DNA of 64,000 nt. Origin: Phoronis australis. Its lineage: Eukaryota > Animalia > Phoronida. The DNA lies in the NCBI GenBank assembly GCA_002633005.1, contig NMRA01000335.1:428274-492273 (forward strand), written 5' to 3'. Under the pieces are notes generated by a model. That model did not search any database. It saw nothing but the letters and a program-made list of their open reading frames with translations, and was not told the DNA's origin. A program made the translations under genes and the position numbers. Every line of letters begins with the position of its first letter. The stretch's first letter is position 1. Shown in pieces: positions 25,032 through 36,881 of the stretch.

Positions 25032-25920
25032 ACTTCATATTTCCGCCTGAGTATGCAATGAGGCGTAATCACTCATTTAAGCATGCCTGATTTGAAACTT
25101 TGGCAGGAAATAATGCGAGAATGTTCACTTTTTGGACCACATTACATCATAATTTTTGTCCCGTTCTTTGTAAGCAACCGTCACAGTGCTGTGTGTGAAT
25201 CCTGGCGTGCGTTCAGTAGACACTAGGACCTACGCTAGGACCTAGCTAAAACCTAGTCAAAGTCACGTGTTCTCATTTAAAATGCACGGCAATATCTCAC
25301 GTAATCTCGTGAAGTCTTGCTTTTTAGCGAGGTCCTAGCGTTACTGAACGGGAGGCTGGTTAATCTCAAGATTAAGCGGAAGTGAGTGTTGCGTGAACTT
25401 GGAATACGCGAGGCAACTTGACAAGTTCAGTCAAATAATTACGTTCATGTTCATAAAAATTTGCACTGCACTAAATCGAGTTACATTTGAATAAAATAAT
25501 GCCAATTTTAACCAACCTTTTCAACTACGGGCGATCAGTTTCACCAAACAATAATCGATTTTGCCATTCACATATTCCTGCGGTTCAGCGACACAAGTTA
25601 CGGTAAATGAGAAAATGGTTGATCGTGAGACCAATAATTACAAAAATTCTTTTCACCGAAAAAATTTCACCCCGTTGCCTAAAAGAATATTCAATTCCAA
25701 GTTCACACAACACTCACTTCCGCTTAATCTTGAGATTAAGCAGGATTCCAAGTTCACACACAGCACTGTGACGGTTGCTTACAAAGAACGGGACACAAAT
25801 TATGATGTAATGTGGTCCAAAAAGTGAACATTCTCGCATTATTTCCTGCCAAAGTTTCAAATCAGGCATGCTTAAATGAGTGATTACGCCTCATTGCATA
25901 CTCAGGCGGAAATATGAAGT
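25032..25920. mobile_element. Foldback/MITE-like element with ~230 bp near-perfect inverted arms
   Basis: 25032-25199 is the reverse complement of 25753-25920 (one mismatch seen); the match continues 25359-25405 versus about 25696-25739 after an insertion. Confidence 0.9.
25202..25358 (-). mobile_element. ~155 bp CCAG-bounded element, copy 2, inserted in the left arm of the 25032-25920 element
   Basis: ctggcgtgcgttcagta...tactgaacgggaggctgg; absent from the right arm. Confidence 0.85.
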
Positions 25921-27909
25921 TTAGTCGGCGAATGACTTGACACAATTGTTTATCTGGTTGTAAACGTTCAAACGTGTACACCATGCATGTCAATCCACCA
26001 ATCCACAATCAAAGTGGACACTGGATGAACAACATATTTGCATATTTGACGAGCGCTTTCAATTCAAAATTTGAAAATGCCTGCAATTTATCATACTATG
26101 GTTGAAATTAAACCAAAAATAGCAGAATAACAGACCTCAAATTTTCTACTGTTTTGTTTCTTGGCCAAGTTTAAGGCATTCACACCGCACTACTTCTTGG
26201 AAGCTCTCTCGTTGCTACATACATAACATGAAGCTAACTTAGATATTAGGGCTAGACTTTTATGCTTAGGTATAGACATTCACTACATGACTCACTTATT
26301 ACCATTTGGTGTAGCCACCACGCGCGTGGTTTATGAATAACATAAAGCCTCCTCTTATCGTATGCACGATCCCGTCATCTACACAAACTGCAGCACTCGA
26401 CGAAGTTTGCCGAGCACGGCCCGATGACACGTGAAGCGCTTTGAATGAGAAGCAAATTCAAAATTATTGCTAACTTAGTTATCACTGTAGTTAGTAGCAC
26501 CAGTAGCTGCAACAATTTTGTTGTTATTGTCCATTCATATCCTATTTTTAACGAATATGTTGGGGCTGGACCTTTTCAGCGGGGGAGGGGTTCGATCGAA
26601 TCCCCCGAACCCCCCGCCCGGCTACGGGCCTGTACTATTAATGATATAAGTAAAAAGGTGAAGCATAAACTAGAGTCTTTATTTAATTCAACTGCAATCC
26701 AGTCAATATTTCTAAAAAGATTATACATAGTGGTTGGATACCCCTACCCCAACGTGGGTGCCCGGGGTGTCACCACGGTGACTGAGCACCATATACAGCA
26801 TAATACATTCGAACGTGTTTTATATTCAATGTTAAGACAAAAAACGAACAGTTTCATTGCCTGCTTATCCGTGTCGCGCAAGTGAAATAACTTGTCAATC
26901 TAACTAAACTGAAAAACTAGCAAGACTCTTTTATCTACGTTACAGCTTTGATAGTTTCCACGCAATCTAACACGACCATACGAACACAATACATGTATCA
27001 GGTGCCGCAGCCTTTTTGGAGAACACCGTGTCAAACATAAAAAATACGGACTGTTCCAAAGAGAGGTCAACAGCCGATCTATTGCTGTTCTTCCTCGTAC
27101 GTCGCACTGAGAACGCACTGTTTTCCAGCACTTCACGTAGTATTTATTGGGTCTGCGAATTTCAACGTTTGGTGAAACAATCACATCATTTTTTGGCCAA
27201 AGTACGATTAAAAAACGGACAATTGCCGTACAAGTAAAAAAATTCATTGTAAACTCAACGTTTTGTCTATTCAACAAGATACCAATTGTCCGTTTTCTAA
27301 TCGTAAAACAATATTCCCCATCTGGCGTAGTTTGGGCGGTTCAGGGCAAATAATACATCTAGCATAGTCGGGAAAATGTTGATATACATGTAGCCACTGA
27401 CGTCATTATTCTTGACGCATCTCTGTGGGCTTGGTTTATGAGAAAGATGGAGATTGCCTACAACTAATCACTGTATGAAATGAAGGTGAGCAAAAGACGG
27501 CATTTCGATTACTATTCCTTTCAGCAGTTGCATCAATTGACTCGTCCGAAAACAGAGGGACGCAGTTTAGACTGGTAAATAGGACAACGAAAAATCGAAC
27601 ACAATGTGCTATCCGTCTTGGAAGGGTTTTTAGATCTCGTTTTTAATAGTGAATATGTGGAGTATTCCGCTGTTTTGGAATGGCCTTGTGAGGTCGCTGC
27701 AACCTCGGGCGCGATGTCTCTGGTTTTCATGCCCTGACGTATCCTTGCGGACAAAAATTTCGCACCTTGTGTGGTGGCCTATGTCGTACGGACACAGTGG
27801 CTTTATTGAAAATCGAAGTGCCTGGTTACTGAATGTGATACTTATTCAGCGTGAATGGGCTTATAATCAACTTTGTTTCGAATCTTTATTTGTCTGATGA
27901 GGGCATCTT

Positions 27910-28840
27910 ACTGTTGTGCCACTTGCGGTGATGCTGAACATCGGGCGATTGGTTTCAAACGGTTACCTGGCCGGGTGATCTAGCTCAACTGAGGTACTTG
28001 GGCGTGTCTGGCGGGGATAACCCACCACTAGATTTGTCTGGCAGTACTTACTCTTGATACCTGGGCTTATGGCGAATATTTTGCATGCGGTTACCTCTTG
28101 GGTTGATCTAGCTCAACTCAGATATTCGGGCGTGTCTGGCGGGGCTAACCCACCACTAGATTTATCTGGCAGTGTTTATTCGTGATACCTGGGCTTACGG
28201 TGAATATTTTGGAACTGGTTTTAAGGGGTTACCTCTTGGGTTGATCTAGCACAACTTTTAACCCTTTTTGATAATCGTCTGGCAAGGGCACCCCACCACT
28301 GAAATTGTCTGGCATCTAACTGTTGTGCCATGTACAGTGATGCTGAACATCATGCAATTGGTTTCAAACGGTTACTTGGTGGGTTGATCTAGCTCAACTC
28401 GGGTATTTGGACGTGTCTGGCGTGAGGCTAACCCACCACTAGATTTGTCTGGCAGTGTTCATTCGATACTTGGGCTCACGGTGAATATTTTTCAACTGGT
28501 TTCATGCGGTTACCTCTTGGATTGATCTAGCTCAATTTTTTACCTTGTTTATAACCGTCTGGCTGATACTCCCCACCACTGAAATTGCCTGGTATTGGCC
28601 AATTTTGATACAGTGGATTACGTAATAGGTATCTAAGGCAGTTTGAAGTGGTTACCAGAAAAGTTGATCTAGCTCAATTTTTGAGTGTCATTTTCTTGGC
28701 TCCCCTCAGTGACCACACCCACCAGAGCGAACCTGCCAGACGGTCATTTCCAACATCAGGATACCCACAGAGTACTGTGGCACCAAAGAAAATTGGTTAC
28801 CTTTTCGTGCCCAAAAAAAGCTCTGGGATCCCGATCTATG
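27910..28840 (+). repeat. Right arm of the large inverted repeat: tandem array of about six ~130-145 bp units
   Basis: GGTTAC recurs at about 27961, 28089, 28227, 28369, 28508, 28650 and 28794; the first six are followed by a GTTGATCTAGCTCAA-like motif and by GTCTGGC/CCCACCA motifs. Confidence 0.92.
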
Positions 28841-29792
28841 TTGTCAATAGACTTTTTCATGAAAGCGTGTCGCGAATAACGTCTGATTAGACTATTTTGG
28901 AGCGCCCGGAGGCCAATATATATGAGCGTTTGAAAGTTTTCATTAACTGCTGATCAGAATATTTTGTGATTAATGTTTCGAATGAAAAAACGAAGCGATA
29001 ATTTTGTCATTGCCTCTGTCACTGACAGGTTTTCATTCTCGCCTCACGAGGGACCTGCTAAGAAACGTAAACGGAAGTTATTGTAAAATCCGGAAGGTGC
29101 GTCGCCCGAGCATGCGCACTTCAACTGCATGCTAATGGTTGTCACGACAAGAAAGTTTCCGGATCATAGTCTAGATTGAAGGCGTTAAGTGAACTAGCTA
29201 TCAATATGACCGCTAGCTAGTAAGAGTCGGTTAGCCTCGTCCAGTCCCTAGCTTCTTGCAGGGCCCAAAATATAGTCAAGGTCCTGACTGTATTGACTTT
29301 CTTATTTGTAAAACAACGGTTTGAGCTAACTAGCGTGATTGGTGTCGCATCAGTGCTACGCATTTTCTACGGGCCAACGATCGACTAGCGCAAAATACGT
29401 GCACAGTCAGATTATAAGTATGTTGCTGTTATCCAACGGGCATCAACATGGAATTTAAAGTAAAAGACAGTTTATTGTGATGAGAGCACCACTCTTTGCT
29501 CAAGTTTTGTTATTCGACGTCATCGACCAATCGTGAGCCAGAATAGCCGCCTAGTCTCTGCTAGGCATTACCGTGAAGTCGTGGGTTAAAGCCCTGGGTG
29601 TTTAAATTGGGAAACCCTGGGGACAGGGGGATTGGACGATTACCCAAACAGTGAGCGCTTAAACCCGACGAAAACTGACAAAAAGTCAGGGATGAACGAT
29701 TACCCTGACATGGCCGTTAACCCGCGAGTTAACGGTAGTATATAAATCCGCGCTTAGCCATAGGTCCGCTCAAATGAAGTATATTAGGAGTC

Positions 29793-30363
29793 ACTCTCTG
29801 GTTCCCTGCGTGTCGCTAGGTGGTAGAGAGAACACAGGTATCATTTAATTTTCCTCGGGAAATTTTGTTACACCGGCGTTTCTGATTGGCTGGTCGAATT
29901 CTCAATGGCTAGCGCTTTACGCAAACAAACTGGCATGACTAATGCAGGAAGTGTAAATGTGGTCTGTTGGACAGACAAATGGGTGCTTGGTTCATGTTCA
30001 AGAAATGTGAATCTCAGAAAATTGTGGTTGCGCCTTTCCGGGGTGCATATGTCTACTGTCGCTGACTTTTGTTTACGTTGCTGCCCTGTATTCACCCGGC
30101 ATGAATAACACACCGGTTAAATCGGCCAGATGTGGGTTTATTGTACATCCATGTGCTTCAAACACGCGGCTATTAAACTTCACTGCAGAAACGAAATAGT
30201 TGCTGTTACGCCACCTGCATGACAAGGTTAAAATCATTCATAGTTCGCCATTTTATTAATTCTTTGTTATAAAGCTAACCAATGACTGCCGAGGTTATAT
30301 CAACCCGAGTGATAAAGCGCGTGCCATACCTGCATGTTATCTACGCGCAGGGAACCAGCGAGT
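29793..30363 (+). mobile_element. ~570 bp MITE, copy 1
   Basis: TIRs actctctggttccctgcg...cgcagggaaccagcgagt; interior 29800-30190 matches 42230-42640 in reverse orientation. Confidence 0.85.
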
Positions 30364-30369
30364 GGAAGT

Positions 30370-33300
30370 ATTTTGTTTTCAAGGTGATATATATTTCTTG
30401 AAGAATACACAGAACATATAAAGAAATAATGACAAACCCAGAAATCGCGAAGCATTATATCTGGGTTGTAGACAATTCATAGATGAAAGTAATATACATA
30501 GAGGTATATACATGTAAGTAGTATTATAAGTATTCCAATATTTAGACATGCTATTAAGAACATGTAAAAACAAAAACATGTACAGATACATGTATGGCGG
30601 AATCTTAAACAACAAGATTTATAAGCGATACATAAAAATTTTCTAATGTTGCTTAAGAGAAATTCATTGAAAACAAGGTCAAAGTTATGACTACTATTCA
30701 ATAACAATGTAACTTTAGTGGGGAAATTATTACAAGAATTGAGAGCTTTTACAATTAATTGGTTTTCATTGAGTGCACGAAGGAGTGAGTCTCTCAGATA
30801 TTCGATGAGAGGACATTTGAAGAAAACATGAGGATAAGATTGATGGTCACCGCATTTACAGTTTGGAGAGACATTACTAAAGTTGTACCTAAACTTGTCG
30901 GAGTTGAGGAAAAGACCGCATCTTGATCTGTACAATGCTATTTCGTTTTCGCGGGGAAGGAAGAATTGAGTCAGGGCTCTTGAGTTATCAAAGTTATGAA
31001 AAACAATTTTAAAATTATTTTCATACTCATAAAAGAGTTGCATTTCTTAACAGAGACTGGAAGAGAATTCCAGTTGTCGATGCACATCATAACTGCAGAT
31101 CTTCTGAATGCCTGACTGAACGACGGAGGAATTGCGTATGGGATGGAGGATCTCAAACCACTACGATGGCCTTGTCTAGTGTATAGATCAAATATTTTCT
31201 GGCAGAGGCGTTGTTGACATTGTTTATTACTTAGAAAGTAAATGTGGTCATGTGAAGGTTGCGCCGAGTAGACTGTTTGAGCCACTTGAGACTATTCCAA
31301 ACCTTAATACTATTGGATCCCCTGTAAGCTCCAGTTAAATATATGAGTAAGGCAGCCGTAATTTCTTCAAATGCTGGAGTGCACCAGTATTGGCAGACTG
31401 ATATATAATTTCACAATAATCGACATGTGGAAGTATAAAGGATTTGAACAGAACTTCTAAATGTGTAGAATTCAGATGACGAGAGACAAGCTTAAGTGGG
31501 TTAATTAGTTCCTGAGTTTTTTGTACGAGCTCCCGAACGTGACGTGTGAATGAGAGTTTTTCATCTAACAGTATACCAAGATGTCTGTGCGACTGTTTTC
31601 TACGAATGATTTAATCATTAAGTTTAAGGTCATGGGACGGGTCAACAAGGAAGAGACCATTAATAGATTTGGAGAAGGTGAGGTCATCGCTTTTTCTGGT
31701 TTAAAATTCATTCTCCATTCGTGTGACCAATAGCTGAGTTTATTGAAGTCGTGTTGAAGCTGCAAAGAACTTTCAGGGCTGCCATCTGCGATGGGGTAAA
31801 AAGGCGCCGTGTCATCTGCATAAATGTATGTGCTACATGACAGATTATCAGGAAGGTCATTAATATAAACCAAGAAGAGAAGAGGGCCCAATACGCTACC
31901 CTGCGGTACACCTGCGTTTACAAATCCAGAAGGGGATAAAGTTGAAAATACGCCGACGACACGAACACTATATGTACGATCGGAGAGATATGAGGTGATC
32001 ATGTTGAAAAGATTCCCAGTAATGCCATAGGATCGAAGTTTGTGGAGTAAAAGGTCGTGAGGGACACAGTCGAAAGCAGAGGCTATATCTAGAAAAATAG
32101 ACCTGGCACTCTCGCCCTACTTAAAATGTAAATGAATCTCGATCTCATGTACTATTTCAACAAGTTGTGCCACGGTGCTGTTCCCACGCAAAAGAAAACA
32201 AATTGACGATGATAGATCAAGTTGTTTTGTTTGAGAAATGTAAGAATACTTTGAGCAATGATCTTCTCGAAGATTTTGGATAGGGTGTTAAGTAAAGTTA
32301 TTGGGCGATAATTTGAAATTTCAGTTTTGGAGTGTTTTGTGTATAGGGACCATAATTCCATGTTTCCGAGAAGACAGATATATACCTAGCTGAAGAATTG
32401 TTAAATAGGTTGGTTAAGGGCATGGTAATTTCGTTGGCAATCATTTTGATCATCTTGTTGGTGATAACAGCTGTGCCATCATAGATCTTATTGGGGTCAA
32501 TGTCACTGACACTTCCGGATACTTAATTTCATTATCCGGGATATCAGACAGCTGACTGAGACAACGTTCACGAAGTTACCTACTTCAGTCGCTGTAGTGT
32601 GGCTTTTGTTCGTGAAAATTTTGAGAAACACTGGCAGGTCACGCTTGTCACTGCTACTTGAGGCTAGGTTACCATTGTAGTTGATGACTGGATAAGAGGA
32701 TTGTTGTTGACTGCCGCATATTTTATTGATGATGTTCCAGTATTTTTTGGAGTTCTTGCTTACACTGTTAATTTGAGAAAAAGCTTGTGGCGGTGATCAG
32801 CTTTGGCTTGATTTACTAACGTCTCTGCCAGGCGTGACTGCTCCTTGTATCTGTTAGGGATTACAGCGTTGTTAGATCTTCTGAAAGAGCTGTAAAATCT
32901 GTTTCTAGTGCGGAATGCCCGTTTAGGCCTAATATTATTGTTGGACCACAGTTGGCTGTTGTGTTTAATTCTTTTCAGTTGATGAGATGTTGTTTTTTGA
33001 AATTTCATAGAGAGTATTAGGGAAGAGTGAAACAGTGTCATCAATGTGGCTAGTGTCCAATATGGAATCCCTGTCAGTGGAGGTGATCCTGACGTAATTT
33101 ATCGGTGTCGACTTGATCGTATTTCCAAATCGTTCGTGTTGTGTGGTGTGTTGTTCTTTAACCGGTTTTTTTTTGGTATTAGAGTGGTTTCGATTGTGTG
33201 GTGATAAGAATTCCCAACAGGAGGCAGTAAAGAACATGATTCAATGATACTCAAATTGTTTGTTATGCAGAGATCAATACATGAATGAGAAACGAGTGGA
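30370..33300 (-). mobile_element. Degenerate 5'-truncated CR1-group LINE (end of endonuclease, RT, C-terminal Cys/His motif, 3' UTR)
   Basis: SCIDLCITN (about 33285); SNYRPITLLNTLSKIFEKII; FLDIASAFDCVPHDLLLHKLRSYGI; SYLSDR...AGVPQGSVLGPLLFLVYINDLP...YADD; WNSLP; CKCG...HVFFKCP. Many frameshifts and stops. Confidence 0.95.
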
Positions 33301-35680
33301 AGTCATTGAACACTTGAGCTTTTCAAAACACTACATCTGCGCAATAACATGATGGAGAGAACTGCAATGCCTTGACTTTGTCTACAGTTTATATTTTACT
33401 AATATTAAAAAAACGTCAGAACCCGGACGACACAAAATACTTTCGTTTGTTGGTGACGTGCTCGGAGATGCAGTGATAACGTACTGGCTTACGAAGAGTT
33501 AGATCCCCGGATTGAATCGCGGTGAGATCTCCAGTACTTAACAAAAGGTTTTATCGCTTGAAAAAGGGATTAAATCAGCTTTACCATAGCAGCGGTCAGT
33601 ATGCAGGTATGTCGAGTCAGTAGGCCTATGAAGACTCCGAACTAATGACCGCTGGTAAGTTTATAAGTTCATGGTCTATTCGAATCACAAATTGATATTA
33701 ATGTTCATAAATAATGAATGGCGCTGTTATTTCTTACGAAAAGTAACTGTTGATATTCCGATGTATGCAAATGTTTTTACTGTTAATTCTTAATGGATGA
33801 TTATTTTGGGTCTTACTTTAATAAACAATGGCTTACACTGTTGTTTCTTTGCAGATGATGGTTGTTATTTAGCAATAAATATTAGTTGTCAGCTGCTATT
33901 GCTATCCCTCATCAGAGTAAATTATAATCGGGTATGAAACGCCATGATACAAGAGAATGTTTGCTGGTAATTATTTGTCGTCAGTGATGATTCCAGCATC
34001 CAAAAAGTGCAGCCTCTCAGATTATGCTGTAGCAGACTGACACAAATTACTTAAGGCTTCATTTCGTCCCATTAAGCAGACTAAAATCGAAAATCGAACT
34101 AGGCTTTTAACTTTCATAAAATTTTCCTCATAACATTCCTTGCCGTGATGGGATTCTATTTCCGCTGCCAACTCGAGTCATAGGCAATGCGGACATGCCT
34201 CATTTTCGAATTCGCTATTTTGAGTTTGACCACCACCAATTCATTCTGATACGTTTTCTTGAGTCGCTGATGGCTCGATATTTTGTTGGTAAAGGAAACA
34301 GAACCTATCATCGTCCAATTTCGTTTTCGTTTTCAGTTATCTAAACAGGGAGAAATGCAGTATTAACAAGAGATGCAACTGCATGGTTTGTCGATTTATA
34401 TGTTGTTGCAGCCACTGCCCCACGTCATTACAGCACGCGCAGTGTATAATCATTAGTCACAGCTGGTCACAAGTTGCTGAGAGTGGACGCAAGCAGTGAC
34501 CGACAGCGTTCAGTCGTCCTCAGATGACAGCCTCTATAGGGGAGCAGGTGGAGGACGCAGTGGTTGTTTTTAACCAGTATTCAGTTAATTGCTCTAGCAT
34601 CGTAAACTTTACAATGACAGTAATATAACTGTCAGATTAATAACAATGATTTTGAATTTAAGTAGCCTAGACCGCTGGAATGACTTTTGATTAAACGGAT
34701 CCCATAACTCAAATTAACCCAATTGTGAGACGAGGTCTTTGGAGTGTAACTAACATATACCTTATGTGATTCGAATTACGTGTCAAAAAATAGTTGCCGC
34801 GACAGTTAATCAGAGAGAAATGGTAAGTACGTTTGCGGAGGAGCGAAGTTAGAGAGAAAACTATTGAAAAATAACAACCTCGAGAATGATCGATTCTGAG
34901 GCGAATCAAAACGTGACTAACGATTTATCTAAACTTGTCCCGACTGCCAGTCAAACAGTAATGATACAACATTTCAAGTGCACACTAATGCTGCTTTAGT
35001 AAATTTAATGTCCGCTGTTGCTAACGAATTTCATAGCCTACAGGACGCGTTGCGCAAACGCAAGACGCTCGCGAAGCACATCTGCGCATATGGAACAGAA
35101 ACAATGAATAACCTCCCATAATGCAACGTTTCAACCTCAGTGACCAATCTCTTCAGTTGCCGCCGTTTTTCTAATGTACGCGAGTAAAGTCCCGAGTGTA
35201 CTGGCAAAACATTCGACGTCTTCTATCTCCTCAACAATCTTGACGCGAGTTTCTTGAGTCTACGGATGCGCTCCACTTTCCTGCCTGCCGCCCACGATAC
35301 TTCGCAACTCCCCTATGTGTGAGAGTGGCGCTGCAAATGTCATGACACCAGCGGCGAATTTCTGTTGTGGACGTCACTGCGCATGCCCCTTTTAACAGTC
35401 TGGTGAACAATCATGACTTGAACATTTCCACAAGGTAAAATAATGTCACTCATGCCAACCACTTTTCCCTGCTGTCTCGGAATACAGTTGAGTCGATACA
35501 CGTGATGGGTTCCACTTGGATTTCAGCTGTGTCGTTACTTTCTCGCTAAGTGATGTAGAGTATTTATAAAACGTCCTGTGTTCGTGTTAATTCTGTTTTA
35601 TACCACAATATTAGCCTCAAATGGCCAATACAACCGTGTAATAACCCATATATAGTTATCTCACTAGTGAGATAACATTT

Positions 35681-35757
35681 TGGCGGGAAACCGAGGCCGG
35701 GTTCGAACCCAGGCCGCAAGAGTTTCGGTCGTCGACTTTACTATTGCACCAGTCAGC
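35681..35757 (-). mobile_element. tRNA-derived SINE head or tRNA pseudogene
   Basis: Minus strand: tggtgcaatagt (A box) ... ctgggttcgaacccgg (B box/T arm); anticodon arm and acceptor stem pair poorly. Confidence 0.5.
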
Positions 35758-36320
35758 GGCTGACGTCATCGAATGTGAAAATAGAATACTTAAATGAGCA
35801 CGTGCAACAATTGCATGTTCAACAAAGGGCACTGTACCGACATTTATACGCTATGAAAAATAAGACACACAATATCCATAAAAACGATATTTTAATTCAG
35901 TGAAATTTTTCTCTCGTGTTCTCTCACTTGTAAATCGACGATCTCCAATTTGAATGCGGGTATCGTGTCGTCGGGATCCTTTGACTTGAGAATCATACTC
36001 ATATTCTGTTACCAGTGGTAACCAACTTTAGCAGACGATTATTTCCCGGTCGAAGCTTAGCGTGATAAAATGTGTAGTAAGCTATAATAGTTGCTAAACC
36101 TTAATTTATAGATTCACTTTGTTTCTATTTTGTTTAGATTTTCAATTGTTTTTGAGTAAAAGCATTATTTGACAAAAATAGCTCGGCTTTTCTTAAAAGG
36201 TCACGACCTCCGACCCCGGGCTTCTGACATAGAAAGTAGTTACAAAGCCGAGGCGAGTCGAGAAAAGGTAGATCGATTCATTGCAATGTTTCTCGTTCAG
36301 TATGGGGTATAAATAGAATG

Positions 36321-36495
36321 TATAAATAGAATATTACATGTTCTCATTCGTTATCCCCCGTATTCCAGAGCCCTCGTGGATTTTGGGGAATTATCGCCCG
36401 AGGAGCGGCACCCCCGAGGGCGATAATTCTCCAAAATCCACGAGGGCTCTAGAATACGGGGGATAACGACTTCGCCATGTAATAATCTATATGTA
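36321..36495. mobile_element. Palindromic mini-element (~175 bp hairpin), possibly Crypton-type non-autonomous
   Basis: tagaatattacatg...cgttatcccccgtattccagagccctcgtggattttggggaattatcgccc, then loop, then gggcgataattctccaaaatccacgagggctctagaatacgggggataacg...catgtaataatcta. The family call is inference. Confidence 0.8.
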
Positions 36496-36520
36496 CGTGA
36501 GGAAATATTCCAAATATCCC

Positions 36521-36881
36521 ACAGTGTATAGTGTTTAGCAATACAAGCGTATAGTGTATAACAATACAGTGTATAGTGTATAGCAATACAGTGTATAGTG
36601 TATAGCAATACAGTGTATAGTGTATAGCAATACAGTGTATAGTGTATAGCAATACAGTGTATAGTGTATAGCAGTACAAGTGTATAGTCTTGGGCGGCGC
36701 AACATAGGGGGCTAGGGGGGTTATAGCCCCACTTTTTCAGTGCTACGCCGCACGTGGTTTAGATGCGGTGCACCACAGGGGAGCTGAAGAGGCTTTAGCC
36801 TCCCACTTTTTTCAGTGCTGCGCCGCCCATGATAGTGTATAGCAATGCAGTGTATAGTGTATAGCAATACAAGTGTATAGT
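36521..36881 (+). repeat. 22 bp minisatellite (acagtgtatagtgtatagcaat)n interrupted by a MITE
   Basis: About 7 units at 36521-36688 and about 2 more at 36831-36881. Confidence 0.95.
36689..36831 (+). mobile_element. CATGGGCGGCGCA MITE (dimeric interior) with 5 bp TSD atagt
   Basis: atagt|cttgggcggcgca...tgcgccgcccatg|atagt. Confidence 0.8.

Noticed and set aside
27890-27910. Hammerhead ribozyme core (ctgatgag), also at about 33907-33915 and 40481-40489 on the minus strand
   Set aside because: No stem II followed by GAAA with closing helices could be built by eye.
27910-28800. CRISPR-like repeat-spacer array
   Set aside because: The sequences between conserved motifs are homologous to one another, the period is ~140 bp, the context is eukaryotic and there are no cas genes.
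35681-35757. Functional tRNA gene
   Set aside because: A and B boxes are present but the acceptor and anticodon stems do not pair properly; the same applies to 46032-46090, 5636-5690 and about 55620-55670.
36521-36881. CRISPR array or coding repeat (ORFs 36351-36608, 36449-36679)
   Set aside because: A head-to-tail 22 bp minisatellite with no spacers; the ORFs are by-products of the repeat.
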